Shown: piece by piece, positions 36,485 to 47,840 of the stretch | How positions within the stretch are numbered: the first letter of the stretch is position 1 | How the letters are laid out: every line of letters starts with the position of its first letter | NCBI GenBank assembly: GCA_001642005.1 | Contig: LWCA01000007.1 | Coordinates: 1 to 64,000 of the forward strand | Direction of reading: 5' to 3' | Length of the DNA stretch: 64,000 nt | Source of the DNA: Intoshia linei | Lineage: Eukaryota; Animalia; Orthonectida | Notes under the pieces: generated by a model | Seen by the model: only the letters and a program-made list of their open reading frames with translations | What the model was told of the DNA's origin: nothing | Database searches by the model: none | Made by a program: the position numbers and the translations under genes

Positions 36485-36546
36485 TTATCTTAAATAAATT
36501 GTTTACCTTAGTTTTTTAGTATAAAACTATCTTTATTGTTTAATTT

Positions 36547-39124
36547 ATGAATCGTTTTTTTTTAAATTTTTTTGTTAGAAAAAAGGTGATTGCATTGTTT
36601 TTCTAAATTTTATTAATTAAAGACGACATATGGACCATTAGCAGACTCAGATAGAATATTCACTAATTTGTATGGTAGACACGATTGGAAACTAAAAGGA
36701 GCTCAGTCAAGGGTTTTATATAAATATTCAGAAATTTTATTATATTAGGGTGATTGGGTTTATACAAAAAGAATTGTAGAAAAAGGAAAAGATTGGATTC
36801 AAGATCAAGTTAAGAAATCAGGTTTGAGAGGTCGTGGTGGAGCTGGCTTTCCAACTGGAATTAAATGGTCATTTATGAATAAACCCGATGATTCAAAGTA
36901 TTTTTTTTATTATTAATTTTTTGGGTCAAGTGTAAAGTTTAGCAGTGCCAACTCAAAATAATAACCCAAACAGTTAGTGTTTGTATCTTGAATTCATCTT
37001 TTTTTTATTTATTTATGCTTTCCATTGATAGGCCAAGATATCTGGTGGTTAATGCTGATGAAGGTGAACCTGGTACTTGCAAAGATCGTGAAATATTACG
37101 ATATGATTGTCACAAATTATTGGAAGGTTGCTTGATTGCTGGGTTTGCTATAGGAGCTAGAGCCGGTTTTTTATTTTAATTATTTTTATTGTAGTTTAGC
37201 TTATATTTATATACGAGGTGAATTCTATAATGAAGCTTCGAATATGCAGTATGCCATTAATGAGGTTAATATTGTTGTGTTGTGTTTAATATAGATTAGG
37301 CTTATCAGGCAGGTTTACTAGGAAAAAATGCAGCAAATACTAATTATGATTTCGACGTCTTTTTACATAGAGGTGCTGGAGCATATATTTGTGGTGAAGA
37401 AGGGGTTGATTTTTAATTTCATCCTCCGATAGGCTTAAAAATAATGTAATTTTAGGCTTTGATGGAATCATTAGAAGGAAAGCAAGGGAAACCCAGATTG
37501 AAACCACCATTTCCAGCTGAAATAGGGATTTTCAATTGTCCTACAACTGTCAACAATGTTGAAACCATTGCTGTTTCACCGGCAATTTGTTATAGAGGTG
37601 GAGATTGGTTTTCTTCGTTTGGGAAAGAAAGAAATCATGGTACCAAGGTATACACTTTTATGTAATAATATGACAAGTATGAACTTCATTATGCATGTTT
37701 GTTGCAATTTTTTAATTAGATAAGTATTTTTCACCAAAGTTCAGGTCATATAATGTTTCTAGAGTGACATCATTGCCTCCATTTTAAGCGTTCCACCCTT
37801 CATATTGTTGAAGGGTTATATAAATGAAAAGGGTAGATTTTATAGTAGATGTAAAACTTTTCATGTATGATATTGCAAGTGTTTGTTGTAATAAATCAAT
37901 ATATAGTTTTGAATTTAGCTATTTAATATTTCTGGTAATGTAAATTATCCGTGTACAGTTGAAGAAGAAATGTCTATTCCAATGAGAGAATTAATAGATC
38001 GTCATTGCGGTGGTGTTATTGGTGGTTGGGATAATCTTAAAGCTGTCATCCCAGGAGGTTCATCTACGCCTCTTATACCGAAATCGTATTTTATTCTATT
38101 AATCGTCACTACTATCTAATTTGTAAAAAATTTGTCACATGGATTATTTAGAATATGTGACAATGTTTTAATGGATTTTGATTCGCTTATTGCCGCTCAA
38201 ACTGGTTTGGGTACAGCTGCACTGATTGTAATGAACAAACAGGCTGATGTTGTTAGATGTATTCAAAGGCTGACAAAGTTTTATGCTCATGAAAGTTGTG
38301 GACAGGTATGTTATGAAATGTATTATATATTTATTTGAAGATAAATGAACAGTTTATAATGTAGATTTAGTGTACCCCATGCAGGGAAGGTGTAAGTTGG
38401 ATGGAAAAAATAATGAACCGTTTCGGTTATTTAATTATAAAATAATGCATAACAGTGATGGTCAATGACAATTTTGTCAGTTTCATTTCAATGAGTTTAT
38501 ACCCACTTTTTTTGATTAACTATATGGTTCAAATTTTTCTAAATTTTTTCTGTGCCGCCTCCGATAGTTTATACACAATCTTGTTTTCGGTAGTTTCTTC
38601 GAATTGGGAAACTATTATCTATAATCTTTGCATCTCTGAAAGCAGAACAGCTCGTTTATTACAAACCGGCTTTTTCACATCAACTGTATCAATATACATT
38701 AAGAATTTATTGAGTTAAATTGAATTTTTTTCTAAATTCTTTTATTTCATATCAATTCTGAATACCTGACTTTGATATTGATAAATGTTGTTTGTTGGCC
38801 ACATCTAATGTATAATGTAATTTATTGAATTTGAATTTTTGTATTATCAAACATAATTTCAGCTATCGGAAAAGCTAAAGTTCCTGAAATCGACATGTTG
38901 TATGAATTGAGTAAACAAATCGAAGGGCATACAATTTGTGCATTAGGAGACGCTGCTGCTTGGCCAATTCAAGTTATATTATAAATAAGTCTTTTTAATT
39001 TATAATAATTTAGGGTTTGATTCGACATTTTAGACACGAATTAGAGAATCGAATGGAGGAATATGCAAAAGCAAATGAGATTACCACCAAAAGTACAGAA
39101 AAAGTGGCATGTAATGGTTGTTGA
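36547..39124 (+). CDS. NDUFV1: NADH dehydrogenase flavoprotein 1 (complex I 51-kDa subunit)
   Basis: [72 protein letters not shown] and GHTICALGD, across about 11 exons. Confidence 0.97.
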
Positions 39125-39159
39125 TGTAAATATTTAATAAAACGTTATTTTTATTCAAT

Positions 39160-39812
39160 TTATAATTTTTTTAATTGTTTCATTTTGAGACTATTACAGG
39201 GATGAATTTGATTTTTAATAATTATTTGTTTGTATCGCTTCAAGTAATGATTAAATTTACCGGGAATATGGTATATTAACATTGCAATAAGGATAAGACC
39301 AAATACTCCAATATAACTTAGTCCTTCGGATCTACCCACTGCAAAATAGTTTATCAAATAAAATGTAAAACCAGAAATTAAAAAAGTCATTAAGCCAAAA
39401 AGTATAATATAGTATCCAATTATCATTATTGATCGCCACCCACGGTTCTTTGCATACCTCCAATTAAATATTTCTGTTTTATGATAAATAGTTTTACAAA
39501 GTCCGCATGTAAGTGATTTTGATCGACGCATCCATTCTATCATACAAACTTCATGTATATATTCCAGACTACCTACGTATTGACATTATTGTAAAAAAGT
39601 ATTAACCTTTATATTCACAAACATTTATTAGTTCAATTTCGTTACCTCCATTGTGGCATATTCTGCAGATTGGTTCGCTTTTTCTTTCCTTTAATTATTG
39701 ATTTATAGTTAATTATAAAAGTATTTACATTCATCGATTCTGAAACATTAGATACAATAATCTCCTTATTATTAAAATTGACTCGCTCAATTTTACCCAA
39801 TTTAGAATTCAT
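39160..39812 (-). CDS. RING-CH (MARCH-type) membrane E3-ligase-like protein
   Basis: Spliced sequence PICRICHNG..LINVCEYK|GSLEYIHEVCMIEWMRRSKSLTCGLCK followed by two hydrophobic TM segments. Three exons. An alternative ATG lies at 39833. Confidence 0.85.
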
Positions 39813-40182
39813 GTTATTTGAAATAAAATACATTATACATGTTATTTAAATAATTTAAAATTGTGTTGTACATTGTGATTCTGTCGATTTATAAATATTA
39901 ATTTCAGGTTTCATTGTTCACTTTTTCAAAATTTTTATTGTTTATTAAAATTATAAAACAAATAATTCAAATGTATATTTTACCCGTGGGTCATACGTGT
40001 AGTATTGACAAATGTTTTATTGCTTTTTCCATCCATTTTGAAAATGTAGCAAAAAATTTAAATAGAAATCGAAAAATATTTATTAAAAATATATACTAAC
40101 TATAGTAAATTTTATTCCTGAATAAATATTGATTATTGAATACATAAATTTAAAGTACATATAAAATTTAAAATTTGTTAAA

Positions 40183-42749
40183 ATGGAATTAACTATACAT
40201 TTACATTTTGGTTTTGCCCGTCAAACTATACTAAACAAATTATCGGCAGAACTGTTAGAGTATATAGAAAGCAAAGTCTTTGTTGTACATCCAATGAAGT
40301 ATGAAGATTTTTACAATGATTTTATAAAATATGTAATATTCACTTTAAAATTTTTATAGTGACCTATGGTAATTGACCATATAATAACCGGTATGTTATT
40401 TAATTCAACATACTTAATATAAATATAATATAATTAAATAAATATAATATATTTGTATAATAATAACATAGATTACACAAACATATCCATCAGAGAAAAT
40501 TTACAATTTAAATAATGTATATTTCCGAAAAAATAAATATACCAAAGTGGTAATTTTTATTTTAATGTAATATAGATGTTCTCTATTTATATATAATGCA
40601 AACATGACCATATTAACTACAAACATGACTATATAAATCAGTGTTTCCCAACCTTTTAAGTGTATTGCCCCACTTTTATCCTTACGAAATTTCTACGCCC
40701 CACCATAATTTATAACAAATATTTCCATGTGGTGTCCTAACAGATTTTTTTATGTCTATATATTACTGCGCAAACAACTGGGGTAAAATTAAAATTTAAT
40801 ATACCTAAATATAACATACAATAAACTAAACACTAAACAACCCCGAATTCAAATTAATTTGAAATTTTTGAGTTTGGTGTAAACATTTAATAAAAATTGA
40901 GCTCATCAATCAATTTGTAACAATAGAAAATCATTGATAATCTATTATTTTGTTTTTTAAAATTTTTAATGCCCAACCAAATATTCACAAACCCCACTCA
41001 AATTTTCTAATCCCCACCGGTGGGTGTACGTCCCACGTTGGGAATTACTTATATAAATAGATTACAACTATAATAAACTATGCATACCTTTTAGCACAAT
41101 TTTGATAGTCTTTCAGATAATGACAAATTAGTACATAAATAATTTATATTGTAATAACTAAATATTACTTGTTAAATTTAAAAAAAATTTGCGCCTTATT
41201 TATTTTAAGTTATGAAATACTTGCCAATATTTTTAACGCAATATAAATTTTTATTTCATTACAACGCAATTTCATAATTTTCATTTATTTGTATGCTGTT
41301 TTTGTACAATTGAAACATTTCTAAATGCATTGATGTAGATACGGCTGGATGAAACTTCATGGTTAGATTATTTTAAATATGTATTTTCAAAAGATATTGA
41401 TGCAAAAAAATGCGAAATTGATATTATAGTGCAAACTCTACTGTACAGGTATTTACATAATTTAATTTACATTTTATTTAACACTATTAAATTTAGGAAA
41501 TTATTTGAAAATATCATTACATCGTATTTGGAAAATGAAGACAGAAAGATTATTGATAAATCGAATGACAAAGATAAACAGACGGTATTTTATTTTACTG
41601 TCAATTTATATAATTCAGTTTATAGGAAAATATTGCCCGTTTTACTACAGAATTTGATAAAATTTTTAGCGATTCTCCTAAAACGTGTCATCCTATTGTA
41701 GACGATGAAACAGTTTGTAAAGTTAAAAATGACAGGAATTTAATTTCCTTTGAAACGCCAAGTGTTGAGATATTCAATACTAAAATTAGTGACAAACAAA
41801 ATAATACAAATTCAGTGGAAATTCCTCACGAAACAAAAGAAAATATTGGAAATTTTAATGTTCATATCTATGAAGATATTTCAGAAACAGTATCCGATCA
41901 TGTAAAAAGAAGTAACAGTTTGAATGAAAACTCATTAATTTGTGATATTCCAATGACTACATCAGTGCCTAATTTGATAAATGAATCACAAATGAGTGTT
42001 TGCATAAAAGAAGAACCATTCAGGACAAGAAATGGTTTTTATTTATATTATTTTATTAAATGGAAAATATTTTTTATATTAATTTAACAATGTTAATACA
42101 CCCGATAATAGGGAATTTTGTGGGCATACCAATTAAAATTATTTTATAATTTCTATGAACCCATTTCACTAAATAAATTTTATTATAGGTATGAATAGAA
42201 CAATAAAAGAGTTTGACCCTCCTTATGCATGTAAAGAGCATGTGACAGAATCGGTTGTAAATTATATCAGTGGTTTTTAACTACAATTAATGAATTATGT
42301 ATTTATTAATGAAATGTCTATAAAACAAAAATACATTAACTGGCCCTAATGTTAACTTTTGCAACATTTTTAATATACTGACAGATTTGGAGACTAATTA
42401 AATTGACCAGATCAGATACTTGTAAATTTTTTTAATTAAAAAATGATCATTTTAATAAGTTTTCTATGTTTATGGTCGAAAATTAGAATGTCCAAAAAAA
42501 TTATGGGTAGGTTCTGACCATTACATACTCTATTAACAATCGGTTTAGAATCACTGAAGTATACATAAATGTAATTACATTTTATAAATGTTTATTTAGT
42601 CGTCGGAAGATGAATTTAAATATCGAATGGAAATCCATCAAACACTTTTTGAAATGGGATTAACAGATTTTAATTACAACAACAAATTAATCCTGAAACA
42701 CAACTACGATATAAGCAAGATAGTAGAGGAATGCTTCGATTACAAATAA
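40183..42749 (+). CDS. Multi-exon protein with C-terminal NBR1-type UBA domain
   Basis: The last exon 42600-42749 reads QTLFEMGLTDFNYNNKLILKHNYDISKIVEECF, resembling the NBR1 UBA (LFEMGFCDRQLNLRLLKKHNYNILQVVTELL). The first exon begins MELTIHLHFG. Internal exons are only partly resolved. Confidence 0.65.
40639..41050. mobile_element. hAT-type MITE, 412 bp, intronic
   Basis: CAGTGTTTCCCAAC / GTTGGGAATTACTT ends. Perfect 8-bp TSD ATATAAAT. Confidence 0.85.
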
Positions 42750-42876
42750 TGTACAAGTATGGGATAATGTAAAAATGAAAATTAAAAAATTAATAAACTG
42801 TACTCTTGAGATAAAACATATAACGGGAAGAGTTTAATATGAAATTAAAATGTATACACATGATATAAACAAATGC

Positions 42877-45800
42877 CTAAATGACATTGTAGGTTGGAAC
42901 TGTTTGAAACTGTTTGTAGGATTTGACACATTTATAAGATTCTCTATAATGTTCCTTAAACCATTTTAATAAATCAGGCAAAGTGGCAAACATTTTTTTC
43001 CTATATCGTATTCCATTCACAGTTATAGTCAAATACTCAATTTTAGTTTTGGTTGTAGGACAGTACGCCAATATAAACTTTCCAGGGTACTCATGTGACG
43101 CAATTAATTTGTACGGTATGCGACTAGGTTGACTTCTTTTTTCCAATAGAATAATTTTCTCAATCTCTGCATTATTACTATTTTGCATAGCAAGATAATA
43201 TTTGTGAGTGACAATATCCCGAATATAAGATGCCATTGGTTGAATATATCTTGCAGTAATTTCGTCAAGATCTTCATAATATTCATTTTCAATTTTTAGT
43301 TTTCGACCAATACTAAAATTATTTGTTTTATCAAATTCAGAAATGTCGATATGACGATAAATGTTTTCAGATATTTTCCAGGTGGCTGTCAAGTGATCAC
43401 TAGCTTTACTGCTAGGCCGATACATGACATCACCAATATTACATTCTTTTGACATTATATCAATACAAGAGCTGTATGGAACATTTTTAAAAAGAGAATG
43501 AACTATGACCCTTTTAGTGTATTGTTTTTGTTTATTAGCTCGGCTGGTTTCCTGACGATCTTTGACAATATCCAAATATTCTTTGCAAGAATCATAAAAC
43601 CTGTCTCTAGCCGGTTTCCATTTGTGATCTTCATCTGTTAAATCAGAGGTCCTACATGTAACTTCAACGGAAAATCGAGTAACGTCAATTTTTCTTACTC
43701 TGGCATGAATTAGCATGCCTATTCTGACTTTCTTTTTAGGGTTTGATATATGATTATCACTGAGATACATGAGTGGAATATATCCAGTAAGGCTGTTTTC
43801 AAGTCGAATTCTTATTCCAGTAATTGTTCCGAGACATTGGTTTGATTCATAATGACGTAATACTCCGCTAATATTTTTAAAATCTTCGACAAAACAGTAT
43901 TGACACATCCAAGTACCACAACTCTCGTTCTTTATAGGTTGTGCTACTTTAATACTTTCTTCGTTAAGCCTACGATACGAAAACCCAACAACAATACATG
44001 TGACTAATTTTCCGAGGCAAAATGTTTCAGGGGTTTCGTTAATAGTCATTTTAAACAAACTATCCGGGTTCGGAGATCTGTAAGGAAACCTTAAATCTTG
44101 ATATGGACTATAAAATTCAGCTTTAATGTCTTGTAATGTAATCATTTTATCAAAAACTACACTACCCTCAACTTCACAATAGTTATTTAAATCAATTTTG
44201 TTTAAAATTGCAGCATTTTTGAAAGTTCGATAAATTAAAATGTTATCATTTTCATTCTCACCTTCATCTTCGTCATCGAAATCTTTAACGTCTCGAATAA
44301 TTTTTTTGGCAATGTCATACATTTCGGGGTGAATTCTAGTAACGTCGAGTAAATGCGTATGCGTTTCAGTAGCATTATCAACATCGATATTTGATAGTTT
44401 CAATTTTATAAAACCACTGCAATTGACAAAAATTTTCGCAGCAATGCCGCATCGAATAACAAGATAGGTACGATTATAAAGAAGATCTCTAGACGACCTA
44501 AACTTTTTCAAAATATGACTTGCTTTTCGAGGTCCTAATCCACTAACAAACTGTAAAACACAATCCTTATGTACATTTTCGATAATGTCGTTCAAATCTA
44601 CTCCAACTTCGTTTACTCTATTGGTAAAAATGATATTGTATGCATCCATCAATTCCTTTTTATCCCCAGAAAACCTCTTTTTCGAATAATTTACATTCAA
44701 AATGTCATTATCTTTGTTAAATAAACGAGATATTTCAGTTAAAGGGTCTAATAATTTACGGCACATGGAAACGGCTTGTCTTTCTAGAATGTGCATATTC
44801 GACAACTCTTTTTTCCCGAAATTTGAATTTGAAAAAGCTATGCAAGTTTCCTGGTCGACAACATCAATTTTTATAGATTTAAAGGCCCTTTTGTCTTTCT
44901 TATTTGTTTCAAAATTGGCCAAGTCAATAACCAAATCTTCAATTTCTCTTGCCAATGAAACGGAATTTCTGTTTGTTGCTCCAATACCGATGAAATGAGG
45001 TTTATGGGTTTCTACAAACTCGCCAAGATTATGAATATCCTTTCTACGATTCTTTGCTAGTAATGAAACTCCGTCTCGCGCTAATCTACTCATATATACA
45101 TGCAAAGCTTGGAACGTAACACTTTGCAAAACATCTCCATTACTATTACACAACACACCAAAAGTTTCTTCGTGTTCGTTATCAGAATACACTAAACAAA
45201 ATATCCTTAAATCGTCTTCATGGTCCCCTTCAAATGTAAATTCTCGTTTTATTGGAGCCACACTGATATCGTTGTAGAGCAAACGAGACGCGTCACTAAC
45301 AACAAAATTTTTACCTTCTTGTATAAGTTTTAACGTAACCTCTTTTTTTAATTTGGGATACAAGCAATTATAAAGAGCACTTTTAAGTCCTTTTTCGCGA
45401 ATATCATTCCATTCCTGAACGGCATAATTATATTCATCTTTTAAATACAAGTGTTTGATTTTTTCGTAAAAATTAATTTCCTTTTTGCCAGTATTGTCCA
45501 TGTGGATATCGTATTCAATTAATCCATTCTCATAAGCTTGGTGTAATTTCCAAAATTGATCATGATGAAATGAAGATATTGGCTTGTTGGTAAGATACAT
45601 CATGGAAAATATATCATGTGATTCGTCAATTATTGCCCTTCCCTTTTTAGTAACACTGGCATCAACCAATGCTCTTTCAAAATAAACACTTCGAACAATC
45701 TTAGCAATGAGAGGTTCAATCGAAAGTGTTTTTGAAATATAACTAACTAGCAACCCTTTAATCACATCATAATTTTCATCAGTGAAGCGCGAAAATAACG

Positions 45801-47281
45801 TTTTGGGTATTTCATCAGAACTAGTCACATCATTATGCTGGAAATTGTCTCTTAAATTTTCAGCAAATTGATAAGGTTTCATGCCGATATGTTGTATTGA
45901 TTCTTTAAACCCCTTTTCGTAAAAGTATTGGCGTATATTGAATTTTGCTCGTTTAAATAATTTTTTATCTAGATTCGGGTCTAACTCGTCAACATGTGTT
46001 TCGTTACAATTATCAAATTCGCCAAAATAAAACAATAAATATTTCGTAAAATCGTCAATTTCGTCAACAGTCTTGAGGTTTTTCAAAACATCGACAATTT
46101 TTATCCCGTTAATCATATCCACTAATTCTTTACTATTTTCCGTTAAATCTTTAGAATCGAAATAAATTTTAATTTTATCAAAAAGATTCGAGACGGCTTT
46201 TTTTCTATTAGTAAAATGAATCCATTTTTCGTCATATTTGTAAATGGACCACAAATCTTCCATTTGCAATTCAGGATGAATTGCCTCCTTTCGATAGAAA
46301 GCAATAAATGGAATATCAAATCCTTCCAATTTAATAAATTTCAAAACATTGCAAATTTTTTTAGACAACTCTAAAGTAGATGTACGTTCCATAGCTGACC
46401 GTAAATGCATATCGTCTTGACTGGACAATGATTTAGTATAAAAATAATTCAATTTTATCCATTCTGCTTCTTCTTCAATTTCTTCCATATCAACTGTCGC
46501 TACAGGGTATTTTCTCAGTTGAAACCTTTCGGGAATATCACTAACACTAATTTCAACATTTTTTTGACTCTTTTCCAATCGATCCATTTCATAAGGTTCA
46601 AATATGTTATTTAAGTTGAATTTTGTCTTTTCTAAATCTTCCAAATCATCGTCAGAAGATTCAATGTTTTTGAAATCATCATAGTCAAAATTTATTCCAA
46701 ATATTTCTTCAGCATCTTTTAAACCTTCAATCATATCTTCATCAATTTCTGATTTTGATATTGCTGCAATTTCATCGCGTGTATTGAAATTTTCAATTTC
46801 TTCGTCAATGGAAGAATCTACCTTTAATTTAGGATTATCATAAAAATAAATTACCGTCCATATCGGGATTCGTGTAATTGTAGTTTTGTTGTACTGGTAT
46901 AGATTTTGCACTTAGAGCTGCACTCATTTCTTCATCTTCGTCGTCGTCAGCCATCATGATACGGCGTCGTTTCTTTTTCCTGTTTACTTTAATACCCAAA
47001 TTGTCTTCTAGTAAATCCAAGTCTTCGTCGGACAGAGAATCGTCAGAGCTACTTACATGTTTTTCTCTTTTCGTCGATAATTCCGCAATTTCTTCTTCAG
47101 TGTCATCATTAATCAATCCTGGCAAGTTGATGTTAATTTCTTTGTCATCTAAAAAATTACGTTTAAAATTTACTTTAATAATTTATTTTCGTTTACCTTC
47201 TTCGTCGCTACTCAACTGGGACAGTTCGTTTTCGTCACAAGACGATAATTCAGCTTCTTGATCAAAAAATTCACTCATCAT
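42877..47281 (-). CDS. SUPT6H: Transcription elongation factor SPT6
   Basis: Acidic N-terminus MSEFFDQEAELS..LSDEDLDLLEDNLG, then DIPERFQLR, IPFIAFYRKE, LQFVSGLGPRKA, LDVTRIHPEMY, S1 and tandem SH2 (RPSSK.SDHLTATWK). Two short 5' introns, one of 37 nt (46854-46818), join the ORF-track pieces. Confidence 0.97.
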
Positions 47282-47447
47282 TAATTTTTGTGATATACAA
47301 ATATTTAATACTTAAAATGACGATTAAATTAAATATATGTTTCTATGGTGTATATATTTCGTTGTTATTGAAACGAATATAAACAGTAACTTTATTTTTG
47401 AATAAATTATTACATTTTTGCACAAAATTATACAATTGTAATTATAA

Positions 47448-47840
47448 TCCCTACTTATATAAAGTAAATTAGTTAAAAGTGTATCTGTCAATTTATTGAA
47501 TATTTACATTTTCATTATTAATTTTAATACACTTGTACAAACATTTGAAAATATTGGTTGATAATTTATTAAGATATTGGTATCCAGGATTGCGTAGATT
47601 TCTGGGGCTGAAATTTTGTATTTACATCAACTGGACTAAGCTGTATCAGCATAATCTTTTTTTTAAATTTAGGACCATTAATTATTTCAAATTTTTTGTT
47701 ATAATAAAATAGTTTCATAATAGTAGTAGAAAAAATGAATACTAAAGTGTTTTTTACAGTGAAGGCGTCACTTTGTTACATTGACATTTTTTTGTGTGTA
47801 TTAATTGGATATAACTGTCAACTGTAAATTTTTTTAAATT
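47448..47840. mobile_element. Helitron-like repeat fragments
   Basis: TCCCTACTTATATAAAG start, then 47550-47840 collinear with about 5285-5680 (GCGTAGATTTCT..TTTTGTATTTA.ATCAACTGG). Confidence 0.55.

Noticed and set aside
39110-39130. Selenocysteine read-through at the NDUFV1 TGA
   Set aside because: AATAAA follows within about 15 nt, leaving no room for a SECIS, and the residue is not a conserved position.
43780-43930. Zn-finger-like insert (WMCQYC..H..C) in the SPT6 S1 region as a novelty
   Set aside because: Metazoan SPT6 has the same insert (WQCPFC..HFD..CPG).
46838-46911. Apparent frameshift between overlapping SPT6 ORFs
   Set aside because: It is explained by a 37-nt GT-AG intron.
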